Positions 32,146 through 43,747 of a stretch of 64,000 bases of DNA are shown here, piece by piece; position 1 is the first letter of the stretch, and every line of letters begins with the position of its first letter. A program made the translations under genes and the position numbers. The DNA lies in NCBI GenBank assembly GCA_963700285.1, contig CAVOXA010000004.1, positions 1 to 64,000 on the forward strand. The letters run 5' to 3'. The notes under the pieces were generated by a model. That model saw only the letters and a list, made by a program, of their open reading frames with translations. It did no database searches and was not told the DNA's origin. Source of the stretch: an uncultured Chloroflexia bacterium (lineage in GTDB: Bacteria; Chloroflexota; Anaerolineae; JAAYZQ01).

Positions 32146-32592
32146 ATGAGCGAAGACAAACAACCCAAACCGGCCAAGACCACTCACCGGATACGGGGCT
32201 TTATCCTCTATGTTGCCCGGCTGCTCGTCGCCTTCCTGCTCGGCTTCGTCCCCATGTGGCTCAAGTCTCGTGAACGCTCCAGCAGTCTTGCTGAGGCAAA
32301 GCGCCAATCAAGCCTGGCCAGGATGGAGAATAGCCTTGCCTCCGCAGCCATCGACGCGCGGCGGGGCGATTATGAAACTGCGCGTCAAGCTGCCAGTGAC
32401 TTTTTTACTTCCCTACGGACAGAGTTCAACAGAGGCGTTGATTCAGCCCTCTCGCAGGCAGAAATCGCAAGTCTACAGCCGCTGTTGACCCGGCGTGATG
32501 AGATCGTCACTCTGCTGGCCCGCGGCGATGCTACCGCCGCAGACCAGCTATCTGATCTGTACGTGTCATACCGCACGATCGTGAACAGGTGA
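32146..32592 (+). CDS. Hypothetical membrane-anchored protein (paralog of 38937-39374)
   Basis: LLVAFLLGFVPMW TM segment; near-identical second copy. Confidence 0.8.
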   Translation: MSEDKQPKPAKTTHRIRGFILYVARLLVAFLLGFVPMWLKSRERSSSLAEAKRQSSLARMENSLASAAIDARRGDYETARQAASDFFTSLRTEFNRGVDSALSQAEIASLQPLLTRRDEIVTLLARGDATAADQLSDLYVSYRTIVNR

Positions 32593-32605
32593 TGAGGAAC
32601 AGGTA

Positions 32606-32890
32606 GTGAGCAAACCGAAACAGTTTAGCCCAGACGAAGCCAAGCGCATCGGAGATTCCCTCGGCCTGGATTGGGACCAGGTCAATCTGGAGCAATTTCG
32701 CATGGGCCTGCTGGTGGAGCTGGAGCACGGAACTAGAGATCCTGAAACGAACGTGACTGACGATGACGAGAGTCTGACCGGCAAGATCGCACTGGCTCAC
32801 CTGAACGAGTTCTCAGACTATTACACCCGGCTGGAAGAGATGGAGGCGGAAGCCGACACCTATTGGGCCAAGACAATAGGCAGCGGGTGA
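32606..32890 (+). CDS. DUF5661-like protein (paralog of 39388-39672)
   Basis: QFRMGLLVELEHG..TGKIALAHLNEF.DYYTRL. Confidence 0.8.
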   Translation: MSKPKQFSPDEAKRIGDSLGLDWDQVNLEQFRMGLLVELEHGTRDPETNVTDDDESLTGKIALAHLNEFSDYYTRLEEMEAEADTYWAKTIGSG

Positions 32891-32958
32891 AAGGCGAATG
32901 TGGGCGCTGCTGCTGATCGCGGCCATCACGCACGGCTTGTAGTTCGACGGCCGCAGTC

Positions 32959-33283
32959 ATGTGATGTCTCGTCACAACCCTACTTCTGCTCGGTCCACGG
33001 CTTGCTCTTGTGATCTGGTGGTTCATGGATTCGGCGCGCTTCAGCCTCGCCTTCCAGACGTGGCCGCAGCCATTCCATCTCGCCTTCCCCCCTGGGGGGG
33101 GTCTGGCCGATAGTGGTCACCATTTTCGTGCCGTGGACGACCCTGGCGTATCTCATCGTCTTTCCGGGGGGCCTCGTGGGCTTGGACTGGGTTTGGCTGG
33201 GGCTCGGTCTGCTGGTCGACCTTGGCTCGCACTTCGGCGGCGGCTACCGCCACCGCGACCGCATCCGAGGCCATAGAAAATAG
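32959..33283 (+). pseudogene. Small membrane protein with a nonsense codon and a frameshift
   Basis: ATG TGA TGT followed by LVTTLLLLGPRLALVIWW; frame change at the C6-T-G8 run; continues FVPWTTLAY..GLDWVWLGLGLLVDL. Confidence 0.55.
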
Positions 33284-33559
33284 ACCCTTCTGCGTGTGTC
33301 ACCCTCGGGATCCTTCCCACTCCACGACCCAGCCAGAGCCCGGGAACTCCTGCCGCCGCCAAGCGCACATTCTGGTCGAGTTGCGAGTGGACGAGTCACG
33401 GCCACTGTTCGCTGGACACCCTGCCCTACCGTCAAAGCCCTCTACTCACCATCTGCCGACTCATGGTTCATGGGCGGTCAGCCACGTGAGCTTGCTGACG
33501 CCCTTGTCGGAGCTGGTCAACTGGCGCTGCCCGTCGATTGCTCCGCCCGCCTGTGACGA

Positions 33560-33658
33560 TGTAGGACAATCAACTACAGGGGAGAGAGCCTGCCGCCTAC
33601 ACAGAAATCAGGCTTCAACCGCTAGACTGCGCCGTGCCAATCGTCTATACTATGAATG
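33560..33658 (+). promoter_or_regulatory. Conserved promoter/operator module, copy 2
   Basis: TGTAGG..CTACA, GCCTGCCGCCTACA, ATCAGG..CCGC and TAGACT-17-TATACT. Confidence 0.7.
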
Positions 33659-33792
33659 TACTGCCCTGTCGCTGTAGGGGAGGAGTGCGACGCGCCCCAG
33701 GAACGGCGAACAAGCTCCTGGCAACGGGCCACGGACATAGTATCATGGGGCAAACCAATACGAGGTTTTCTAAAAGAGGATCGAGGTTTCTC

Positions 33793-35715
33793 ATGCAAGG
33801 CAAGCACAGATTGAGCCGTACCCTACGCTGGCTGTTGATTGTGTTGATCGTCTCCGCCGGATTGACGACGGCATGGGCGTGGAGCAGCGTAGACGAGCCG
33901 CACGCTCCCGCGCCGGCGCCGGTCACGCCCGTCCTGTACGCCGCCTGGCAGCCCAGCGGCGCGCCCCAGTCCCTGCTGTTCCGCAGCACCGACCAGGGCA
34001 CAAGCTGGGAGCCGCTGGCGCTGCCCGACCAGGCCACGCCGCTGGCCTGGGCCGGGGATGGAGCGAACCGGGTGGCCGTTTCCCTGTCCGCTGGGCCGGT
34101 ATTCAGTTCGGAGGACCGGGGGGAAAGCTGGAAGCAGGTGGCCGGGGAACTGTTGCCCGTGCTGAGCCTGGCCTGGGACGGCCAGGGTGACCTGTACTTT
34201 GGCACCGCTGGCCACGGCATCTACCGGCAGGCGGCCGGGGGTGCGCTGGAGCCGATCGCGGCTGGACAGCAAGACCTGGCCTCAAAGCCGGTGAGCCACC
34301 TGGCGCTGGTGGGCGGCCGCCTCTTTGCCGCCACGCCCGCCGCTCTGTTCTACACCGACGATGGCGGCCAGTCGTGGGCCCAGACGCAGCCCGTGCCGGG
34401 TGGTATCTCGGCCCTGGCCGCGGCCGATGCCCGAACGCTGTTCGTAGGCACGCCGGCGAATGGCATCTTCCGCAGCGTCGACGCCGGCCAGACCTGGCAG
34501 CCGGCTTCGGCCGGGCTGGGCGAGGCGGCCGGCCTGTACCTGTCTATCACCGCTCTTCAGGTCGATCCCCAGGAGGCCGGCGTGCTTTATGCCGCCGTGA
34601 GCTCCCTGGTGGGCGGCACGGAACTCCATTCGGCTGCAGAGGGTACCTTTGTGACGCTCGACGGCGGCCAGTCGTGGCAGCCGCTGGCCGGCCCTTCGTT
34701 CCCGCAGGCCAAACCAGCCTCGGCCCTGTTGGCAACATCAGACCAGCCGCTCTACGTCTGGTCGGTGGCCGCAGATGACCTGCAGAGCTACGCCCCCGAC
34801 GTGGCAGGAGCGTTGGCCACTTTACAGCAGAGCACGGGTGACGTCCAGTCCCGCGTCACGGCGGCTCGCATCCTGGGGCTGGCGCGCACGCAGGAAGCAA
34901 GCGGCTCGCTTCTGGCAGCAGTGGCCGACCCGAGCCCGGCCGTCAGCCAGGCTGCCGGCGAGGCGCTGGGCCGCATCGCCGATTCGCGGACGACGAGCGA
35001 CCTGCTGCTGGCCCTTCAGAGCCCCATTCCCCAGGTGCAGCGCAGTGCGGCCACGGCGCTGGGCATGATGCGCGCCGAAGCGGCGGTGGCGCCCTTGAGC
35101 GTGATGCTGCTGCGGGGCGACCCGGCGATGGCCAGCGTCGCCGCCGACGCGTTGGGCCGCATCGGCAGCCGGGACGCGACGCAGACGCTGCTGACCGCTC
35201 TGGCCGACGCGCAGATGACCACGCGGCGGCACACCGCCCTGAGCGCCCTCGAGGCGATGGGCGAGCCCGCCGTGATACCGCTCCAGCAGATGCTGGCCAG
35301 CAGCCCGGATGCTACGGCTCGCGGCCACGCCGCCGAGGCGTTGGGTTGGATCGGGTCGCCATCGGCGACGGCGGCGCTGGTGCAGGCGCTGGAGGATTCG
35401 GACTCGGCCGTGCGGGCGCGGACGGCCTGGGCTCTGGGCGAGCTGGCGGCTCCGCAGGCCCGCGCCGCGCTGGAGCGTGCGCAGGCGCGTGACCCATCGC
35501 TGGTGGTCCGCCAGGCGGCCGGCCAGGCGCTCACTCAAATCGCGGGACAGCCAGTCGTCCGCACGAGCCTGGTGGCGAGTCGGGCGCTGGCCCTCAGCCG
35601 GTGGTATAGGCTGCTGACCCCAGTACTCTGGGGCCTGATCCTGGCGCTGTCGATGCTCGCGGCGGCCTTGCTGTGGATCGTTAACCGGCGGCGTCCGCTG
35701 ACGCCCGTGGTGTAG
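33793..35715 (+). CDS. Membrane protein with BNR/YCF48-like beta-propeller plus HEAT (PBS-lyase) repeats
   Basis: N-terminal TM, S.D.G.SW Asp-boxes, vR.aAA.ALG repeats and a C-terminal TM. Confidence 0.85.
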   Translation: MQGKHRLSRTLRWLLIVLIVSAGLTTAWAWSSVDEPHAPAPAPVTPVLYAAWQPSGAPQSLLFRSTDQGTSWEPLALPDQATPLAWAGDGANRVAVSLSAGPVFSSEDRGESWKQVAGELLPVLSLAWDGQGDLYFGTAGHGIYRQAAGGALEPIAAGQQDLASKPVSHLALVGGRLFAATPAALFYTDDGGQSWAQTQPVPGGISALAAADARTLFVGTPANGIFRSVDAGQTWQPASAGLGEAAGLYLSITALQVDPQEAGVLYAAVSSLVGGTELHSAAEGTFVTLDGGQSWQPLAGPSFPQAKPASALLATSDQPLYVWSVAADDLQSYAPDVAGALATLQQSTGDVQSRVTAARILGLARTQEASGSLLAAVADPSPAVSQAAGEALGRIADSRTTSDLLLALQSPIPQVQRSAATALGMMRAEAAVAPLSVMLLRGDPAMASVAADALGRIGSRDATQTLLTALADAQMTTRRHTALSALEAMGEPAVIPLQQMLASSPDATARGHAAEALGWIGSPSATAALVQALEDSDSAVRARTAWALGELAAPQARAALERAQARDPSLVVRQAAGQALTQIAGQPVVRTSLVASRALALSRWYRLLTPVLWGLILALSMLAAALLWIVNRRRPLTPVV

Positions 35716-35766
35716 AGGGTCGGGCGGCGAGGGGCGAAGGGGGACTTTCCCTCGCCATGCTGGGGG

Positions 35767-35811
35767 GACCAACCCGGCTTCTCATGGGGTTATCGAGAAG
35801 CCGGGTTGGTC
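35767..35811. terminator. Perfect 17-bp inverted repeat (terminator or REP)
   Basis: GACCAACCCGGCTTCTC-N11-GAGAAGCCGGGTTGGTC. Confidence 0.6.
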
Positions 35812-35950
35812 GTTGTCGCTCTGCAAACGAGGTGGGGATGTACCGGATCATTTTCCCCGGGCTGGGTTTGCACCATTTGACAGCTGGCCTGACTGCGTGT
35901 TATACTTCCATTCAAATGATTCCGGCTCCACCTTGTTGGGAGATTTGGAT

Positions 35951-37624
35951 GTGAATGCCTCGGAGAACGGTACCCGAATCCTAATCGAACAAGCCTATAT
36001 CCTGGACCTGGTACTCGACGCTATGATCCTGCGAGACATGCAGGGCGCGATCATCTTCTGGAACCAGGGCGCCGAAAAGCTCTTTGGCTGGACAAGCGAC
36101 CAGGCTCTGGGCAAAGACGTGCACACGCTGTTACACACCCAGTTTCCTCAACCATGGGAGGCGATCGAAGCCAAAGTTCTGCGTGCGGGCTACTGGGAAG
36201 GGGAACTCGTCCATACCCGGCGAGACGGCAGGCCCCTGGTGGTGACCAGCCGCTGGGCAGTGTGGCAGCAAGATGACGGCGCTCCCCTGGCCATTGTGGA
36301 GATCAGCACCGACGTCACCGAGCGCAAACAGGTCGAACGTTCCCAGCGCCTGCTGGACGAGGTTGGTCCGGTGCTGTCGACCTCCCTGGACGCTACCAGC
36401 CAGTGGGCCAACATCGCCCACGTGTTGGTGCCGCTCCTGGCCGACTGGTGCATGGTACACATTACCGAAGAAGGCCAGACGATACGACCCGTGGCCGTGG
36501 CGCACGCTGATCCACAAAAACTGGCACAGGCCAACGAGCTGCTGCGGCGGGATCCTCCGGACCCGGACGCGCCGCCGGGAGCAGTCCATGTGCTGCGCAC
36601 CGGCCGGCCGGAGTTCTATCCGGAAGCATCGGAGGATCTGCTCGCCGCCATCGCCCGGGACGCCGAGCAGATCGAGCTCGTGCGGTCGCTGAAAGTCAAG
36701 TCGGCGATGATCGTGCCACTCGTGACGCGGGGGCACACACTCGGCACGCTCACCCTGGTTGTGTCGGCCGAGTCCGGGCGCCAGTACACGGCGGTCGATC
36801 TGGCCCTCGCCGAAGAACTGGCCCGCCGCGCCGCGCTGGCGGTGGACAATGCACGGCTGTACGCCGAGGCGCAACAACTGAACGCCGAATTGGAGGAACG
36901 CGTGGTGCAACGCACCGCCGACCTGCAAGCGGCCATTACCCAGCTCGAGAGCTCACGGGCGCAGTTACTGCTCCTGGCCCAACACGAGCAAATCAGACGC
37001 GAAGAAGACCGTGCCCGGATGGCCCGCGAGATACACGACGAGTTGGGCCAGGCCCTGACCGGCTTAAAGATGGATCTGGCCTGGCTACAAAAGCACACCC
37101 GACCCAAACAGAAGGACCTGTTGCAGAAATTTCGAGATATGTCGGACCTGGTGGACACGACCATCCAGGGTGTGCGGCGCATCGCCACCGAGTTGCGTCC
37201 GGGCATGTTGGATGATCTGGGACTGGTGCCGGCGATGGAGTGGCAGTTGCTAGAGTTCCAAAAGCGCAGCGGCATTCGCTGCAGATTCACTTCGAGTTTG
37301 GAGGAGGTGGCGTTGGGTGACGAGGAAACCACCGTCCTCTTTCGCATCTTGCAGGAGACCCTGACCAACGTGGCGCGCCATGCATCGGCGACCCGGGTGG
37401 AGGTTTCACTAGATGAGGAACAGGGCTACGTATGCCTCCGAGTTCAAGACAATGGGCGGGGCATCACGGAAAGCGAAGTGGACGGCACCAGGTCCTTTGG
37501 CTTGCTGGGAATGCGGGAGCGGGTCCTGCTGCGCTCCGGCGACTTTACCATCCAGGGTACACCCGGCCGGGGAACTACCGTGGTGATCAGGCTGCCGCTC
37601 ATCAAGGAGCAGGAGGCTTCATGA
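35951..37624 (+). CDS. Cytoplasmic PAS-GAF sensor histidine kinase (HisKA_3)
   Basis: WNQGAEKLFGW PAS, GAF, AREIHDELGQALT H-box, DNGRG and FGLLGMRER. Confidence 0.93.
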   Translation: MNASENGTRILIEQAYILDLVLDAMILRDMQGAIIFWNQGAEKLFGWTSDQALGKDVHTLLHTQFPQPWEAIEAKVLRAGYWEGELVHTRRDGRPLVVTSRWAVWQQDDGAPLAIVEISTDVTERKQVERSQRLLDEVGPVLSTSLDATSQWANIAHVLVPLLADWCMVHITEEGQTIRPVAVAHADPQKLAQANELLRRDPPDPDAPPGAVHVLRTGRPEFYPEASEDLLAAIARDAEQIELVRSLKVKSAMIVPLVTRGHTLGTLTLVVSAESGRQYTAVDLALAEELARRAALAVDNARLYAEAQQLNAELEERVVQRTADLQAAITQLESSRAQLLLLAQHEQIRREEDRARMAREIHDELGQALTGLKMDLAWLQKHTRPKQKDLLQKFRDMSDLVDTTIQGVRRIATELRPGMLDDLGLVPAMEWQLLEFQKRSGIRCRFTSSLEEVALGDEETTVLFRILQETLTNVARHASATRVEVSLDEEQGYVCLRVQDNGRGITESEVDGTRSFGLLGMRERVLLRSGDFTIQGTPGRGTTVVIRLPLIKEQEAS

Positions 37625-38253
37625 TACGAGTTCTCATCGCCGACGACCATGCGGTTGTGCGACAAGGGTTGAAACAGATTCTTGGAGACACGCCCGAGAT
37701 GCTGGCCGCCGGCGAGGCGACCAACGGCCAAGAGGTCCTGGACAAGGTCCGGGCCGAAGCGTGGGATGTGGTTGTTCTCGACATCTCGATGCCTGACCGC
37801 AGTGGGCTGGACATTCTCAAACAACTCAGGTCCGAGCGGCCCGAACTGCCGGTGCTGGTGTTGAGCATGTATTCCGAGGACCAGTTTGCCGTGCGCGTCC
37901 TGAAAGCCGGCGCCTCTGGCTATCTGACCAAGGACAGCGCGGCCGACGAATTGGTCAAGGCCCTCCGCAAAGTGGTGAGAGGTGGCACATATGTCAGCGA
38001 GTTCCTGGCCGAAAAACTGGCCTTTGAGATAGGGACGGACTCGAACCGGTTACCCCACGAGACGCTGTCCGACCGGGAGTTTCAGGTGCTGCGCCTGATA
38101 GCGGCCGGCAAGCCCGTCAAAAAGATTGCCGCGGAACTCTCCCTGAGTGTCAAGACCGTCAGCACCTACCGGGCGCGCCTCCTGAAAAAGATGAATCTGA
38201 CCGCCAACGCCGAGTTGATCCATTACGCCATTCGAAACCACTTGATTGACTGA
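37621..38253 (+). CDS. NarL/LuxR-family response regulator
   Basis: MIRVLIADDH..LDISMP..LSDREFQVL..LSVKTVSTYR; ATGA overlap with the kinase. Confidence 0.95.
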   Translation: MIRVLIADDHAVVRQGLKQILGDTPEMLAAGEATNGQEVLDKVRAEAWDVVVLDISMPDRSGLDILKQLRSERPELPVLVLSMYSEDQFAVRVLKAGASGYLTKDSAADELVKALRKVVRGGTYVSEFLAEKLAFEIGTDSNRLPHETLSDREFQVLRLIAAGKPVKKIAAELSLSVKTVSTYRARLLKKMNLTANAELIHYAIRNHLID

Positions 38254-38298
38254 CCCATCCCTACCTCGCGCCCCCATTCCTCTGCTCCTCCCGCAGGA

Positions 38299-38405
38299 GT
38301 GCTGTAGGACAAACACCGACAGGCGGAAAAGCCTGCCGCCTACAAAGGAATCGGACTTCCACCGATAGACTTTTGCGTGCCAAGCGTGTACAATATTGAG
38401 TGATG
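38299..38405 (+). promoter_or_regulatory. Conserved promoter/operator module, copy 3
   Basis: TGTAGG-N6-CCGACA, CCTACA, ATCGG-N7-CCGAT and TAGACT-17-TACAAT; start codon 5-8 nt after the -10 box. Confidence 0.75.
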
Positions 38406-38801
38406 GACAACCTCAAGGTTTTTATTAGCGACGATTCGGCCACGATACGAGAACGACTGGTCACGATGGCGTTGGACCTGCCCGAAATAGCTGTGGTAGG
38501 GCAGGCCCAAGATGCGCCTGGGTCCTTGGGCGCCATTCGCCAGACACGGCCCGACGTCGTGATCCTCGACATTCGCATGCCGGGGGGCAATGGCATCGAG
38601 GTGTTGCGCGAGGTGAAAAAGATGAACCCTGCCCCGAGAGTCATCATGTTCACCAACTATGCCTACGCCCAGTACCGAAAGAAATGTGAGGAAGCCGGCG
38701 CGGATTTCTTTCTCGACAAATCCACAGAGTTTGACAAGCTTCCGCAAGCGCTGGAGCAGGTGCGCCAGGGGTTACGGGCCGAGGCGGGCGCAGGCGGCTG
38801 A
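38400..38801 (+). CDS. Single-domain response regulator (probably leaderless)
   Basis: FISDDS..ILDIRMPGGNG..FLDKS; no output domain. Confidence 0.88.
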   Translation: MMDNLKVFISDDSATIRERLVTMALDLPEIAVVGQAQDAPGSLGAIRQTRPDVVILDIRMPGGNGIEVLREVKKMNPAPRVIMFTNYAYAQYRKKCEEAGADFFLDKSTEFDKLPQALEQVRQGLRAEAGAGG

Positions 38802-38936
38802 AGTTAATCTCACGGTACTCCACCAGTTCATTCGATCCTCTGGCAAGCAGAACGAGACGTACCATCGACGCCACGCCTGTTGAGCCTGATCGCGTTGGGC
38901 GCCGTGAAATGGGAGTCACGCTAAGGAGGAGTTACC

Positions 38937-39374
38937 ATGAGCGAAAACTGGCAGTCCAGAACCACTCACCGGATATGGCGCCTTGTGATCTATGTTGCCC
39001 TGCTGCTCGTCGCCTTCCTGCTCGGCTTTGTCCCCATGTGGCTCAAGTCTGGTGAATGCTCCAGCCGTCTTGCTGAGGCAGAGCGCCAATCAAGCCTGGC
39101 CAGGATGGCGAATAGCCTTGCCTCCGCAGCCATTCATGCGCAGCGGGGAGATTATGAAACAGCGCGTCAAGCTGCCAGCGACTTTTTTACTTCACTGCGG
39201 ACAGAGTTCACCAGTGGCGTTGATTCGGCCCTCTCGCCGGCAGAAATCGCAAGTCTACAGCCGCTGTTGACCAGGCGTGACGAGATCGTCACCCTGCTTG
39301 CTCGCGGGGATGCTACTTCCGCAGATCTGCTATCTGACCTGTATGCGTCATACCGCACGACCGTGAACAGGTAA
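38937..39374 (+). CDS. Hypothetical membrane-anchored protein, copy 2
   Basis: Paralog of 32146-32592. Confidence 0.8.
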   Translation: MSENWQSRTTHRIWRLVIYVALLLVAFLLGFVPMWLKSGECSSRLAEAERQSSLARMANSLASAAIHAQRGDYETARQAASDFFTSLRTEFTSGVDSALSPAEIASLQPLLTRRDEIVTLLARGDATSADLLSDLYASYRTTVNR

Positions 39375-39387
39375 TGGGGAACAGGTA

Positions 39388-39672
39388 ATGAGCAAACCGA
39401 AACAGTTTAGCCTGGACGAAGCCAAGCGCATCGGAGATTCCCTCGGCCTGGATTGGGACCAGGTCGATCTGGAGCAGTTAGGCATGGGCCTGCTGGTGGA
39501 GCTTGAGCACGGAACCGGAGATCCTGAAACGAACGTGACCGACGATGACCTGAGTCTGACCGGCAAGATCGCACTGGCTCACCTTAAAGAGTTCCCAGAC
39601 TATTACACCCGGCTGGCAGAGATGGAGGCGGAAGCCCACAACGTTTGGGCCAAGACAATAGGACGGGGTTGA
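39388..39672 (+). CDS. DUF5661-like protein, copy 2
   Basis: Paralog of 32606-32890. Confidence 0.8.
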   Translation: MSKPKQFSLDEAKRIGDSLGLDWDQVDLEQLGMGLLVELEHGTGDPETNVTDDDLSLTGKIALAHLKEFPDYYTRLAEMEAEAHNVWAKTIGRG

Positions 39673-39855
39673 GAGGCGAATACGGTGGATCACTTGACCA
39701 AACCGGACCCCGAACTCGGCAAGCGCGCCGCGCTGAGCTTACCGCTCTAGCGAAGGCGCATTGGTTGGGGGCTCTCCAGCACTGGCAATGGGCTACGGGG
39801 CCAGGGGAGTCATCGAACAAAAGGATTTTTAGAAATACCGCTCAGGAGGAAACAA

Positions 39856-40029
39856 ATGAAACTCAGTGCTCCAAGACAGATCACCTGGATCATTGCCTTG
39901 ATCCTCGGGATAGTGGGGATCCTCGCAACTCTGGTGGCCCTTCCGGTCATCACCCCCGCGCTTGGCTTTTGGCTAGTGGTGGTGGGGTGGGCGCTGCTGC
40001 TGATCGCCGCCATCACGCGCGGCTTGTAG
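39856..40029 (+). CDS. Small two-TM membrane protein (57 aa, not in the ORF track)
   Basis: AGGAGG RBS; MKLSAPRQITWIIALILGIVGIL..FWLVVVGWALLLIAAITRGL*. Confidence 0.75.
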   Translation: MKLSAPRQITWIIALILGIVGILATLVALPVITPALGFWLVVVGWALLLIAAITRGL

Positions 40030-40190
40030 TTCGGCAGCCGCAGTCATGGGCAGATAGACCCGGGGCGCAGGCGGCGGCCGTATGGTCGGCCTCGCAGAGA
40101 TCGTCGTCTGCGCCCATCATCACCACCCTGCTTCTGCTCGATCCACGGATTGCTCTTGTGGTCTGGTAGCTCAAAAAGGAGACTTTCTAT

Positions 40191-41339
40191 ATGGACATTA
40201 TAACCAAAGAGGAACTAAAGACCTTCCTAACCCGATATCCTGGTTGGTACGTCTCGCTGTTTATGCCTACGCATCGGCGAGGGCGAGAAACTGAACAGGA
40301 TCCAATTCGCTTTAGGAATTTGCTGCGCGAGGTGGAGGAACGCTTGCTGGACAAGGGCTTGCGCTCCCCGGACGTGCAGGAGATACTGAAGCCAGCTCAG
40401 CGCCTAGTACAGGAGCCGGGCTTCTGGCGGCACCAGAGCGACGGGTTGGCGGTATTCTTTACAGCAGAAGAGTTTCACTACTATCGCCTTCCTCTCCCGT
40501 TTGAGGAACTGGTGGTGATCTCTGACCGTTTTCATCGCAAACCGCTGCTGCCCTTCTTTGCCAGCGACGGCCACTTTTACATCCTGGCGCTTAGCCAGAA
40601 CCAAGTCAGGCTGCTGGAAGGCACCCATTACACAGTCGACGAGATCGACCTGGAAAGTATGCCCGAAAGCATGGCCGAGGCGCTGCAATATGAGCGCTTC
40701 GACAAACAGTTACAGTCTCATAGTGGCCCATCATCGGGAACGGGAAGTCGTACGGCTATGTTTCACGGTCATGACATCGGTGACGAAACCAAAGACAGGA
40801 TTCTGCGTTGGTTCCACAGCATTGACCGTGAGTTACCCAGCCTGCTCACAGGCAGGCAATCGCCTCTCGTGCTGGCAGGGGTCGAGTACCTCTTCCCACT
40901 ATACAAAGAAGTGAACTCATATCCTCATCTTCTAGAGGAGGGAATTCCAGGCAACCCGGAGGAGCTAACGCCCGAAGAACTACATGCCCAAGCCTGGCCG
41001 CTCGTGCAGCCTACCTTTATGAAAGCACGAGAAAAAGCGGCCGCTCAATACAGTCAATTGGTCGGTACCGGGCAAACCACAGCCGATGTGAAGGAGGCCA
41101 TTCTGGCAGCGCATCACGGGCAGGTGGAACTGTTGTTTGTTGCCGTCGGTATTCAGGTGTGGGGCAATTTTGACCCAAGCACGAACACAATCCTCGTGCA
41201 CCAGGATCCCGAGCCCGGTGACGAGGATCTCCTTGACCTGGCTGCTATCCAGTCCATTCTGAACGGGGGAACTGTCTACGCGGTTGAGCCAGAACAGGTG
41301 CCCGATCATGCTCCGCTTGCAGCAGTGTTCCGCTATTGA
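40191..41339 (+). CDS. Bacterial archaeo-eukaryotic release factor (baeRF3/7-like) family protein
   Basis: VSLFMPTHR, DGLAVF, FYILALSQ..RLL, PLVLAG, GQVELLFV and GGTVY..AAVFRY motifs; no GGQ. Confidence 0.75.
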   Translation: MDIITKEELKTFLTRYPGWYVSLFMPTHRRGRETEQDPIRFRNLLREVEERLLDKGLRSPDVQEILKPAQRLVQEPGFWRHQSDGLAVFFTAEEFHYYRLPLPFEELVVISDRFHRKPLLPFFASDGHFYILALSQNQVRLLEGTHYTVDEIDLESMPESMAEALQYERFDKQLQSHSGPSSGTGSRTAMFHGHDIGDETKDRILRWFHSIDRELPSLLTGRQSPLVLAGVEYLFPLYKEVNSYPHLLEEGIPGNPEELTPEELHAQAWPLVQPTFMKAREKAAAQYSQLVGTGQTTADVKEAILAAHHGQVELLFVAVGIQVWGNFDPSTNTILVHQDPEPGDEDLLDLAAIQSILNGGTVYAVEPEQVPDHAPLAAVFRY

Positions 41340-41508
41340 GATCGGGTGATGAAATGGTCAAAGAGATGGAAACCTCGCTTCCGTCCGCACAACGCATTCT
41401 TCCGCTCCTCTTTGGTCGGTGTTTAATGACTGCGCAGCGTGACAACATGGTTCTGAAATTGGAGATAGTCGTGTCCAGCAAGATCATAATGTAAAGGAGA
41501 AAAGTCAA

Positions 41509-41802
41509 ATGACTCTCAAACTCAAACCTTTAGCAGACCGATTGGTGGTGGAACCCACCGAACAGGAGGAAATGACGGCCAGCGGCATCTACGTGCCAGA
41601 GACCGCCAAGGAAAAGCCCCAGGAGGGCAAGGTCATCGCCGTCGGTCCGGGCCGCAAGGACGAGGACGGCAAGCGTATCCCCATGGACGTCGCCGAGGGC
41701 GACCGGGTACTTTTCGCCAAGTACGGCGGCACCGAGGTCAAGCTGGAGGGCAAGAAGGTCTTGATCCTCAAGGAAAGCGACATCCTGGCTATACTCGTAT
41801 AG
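41509..41802 (+). CDS. groES: Co-chaperonin GroES
   Basis: [33 protein letters not shown]. Confidence 0.98.
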   Translation: MTLKLKPLADRLVVEPTEQEEMTASGIYVPETAKEKPQEGKVIAVGPGRKDEDGKRIPMDVAEGDRVLFAKYGGTEVKLEGKKVLILKESDILAILV

Positions 41803-41867
41803 CCCCTATCTTGGAATGACCGAGGACCCAAGACCGATGATCAAGGACGAATAACCAAGAGGAGTGA

Positions 41868-43508
<1,641 letters not shown>

Positions 43509-43747
43509 TCGGGAGCAGAGTGGTACGGGGGCCACGTCCCGGTCTGTGGCGTGGCCGCCGTTCCCTATCTTGAGAACAGCAGCCTGCGGTCCGCATCCTG
43601 AGGTTGGCCCCGGCTCGAGTTCTCCTCCGTTCAAGCAGGGTCCGTGACCCACGGACACAGAGCCTGTCCGACGATTTGGTGGGTCACGGACCCGCGAGGA
43701 GCTATCAAAGCAGCCTGACTGGGCTGGATCGCAAGAAGAAAGGAAGG

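Noticed and set aside
32959-32967. Selenocysteine or recoded TGA at codon 2 (ATG TGA TGT)
   Set aside because: The same gene has a frameshift and lies in a decaying duplicate, so a nonsense change or error is simpler; no SECIS could be identified.
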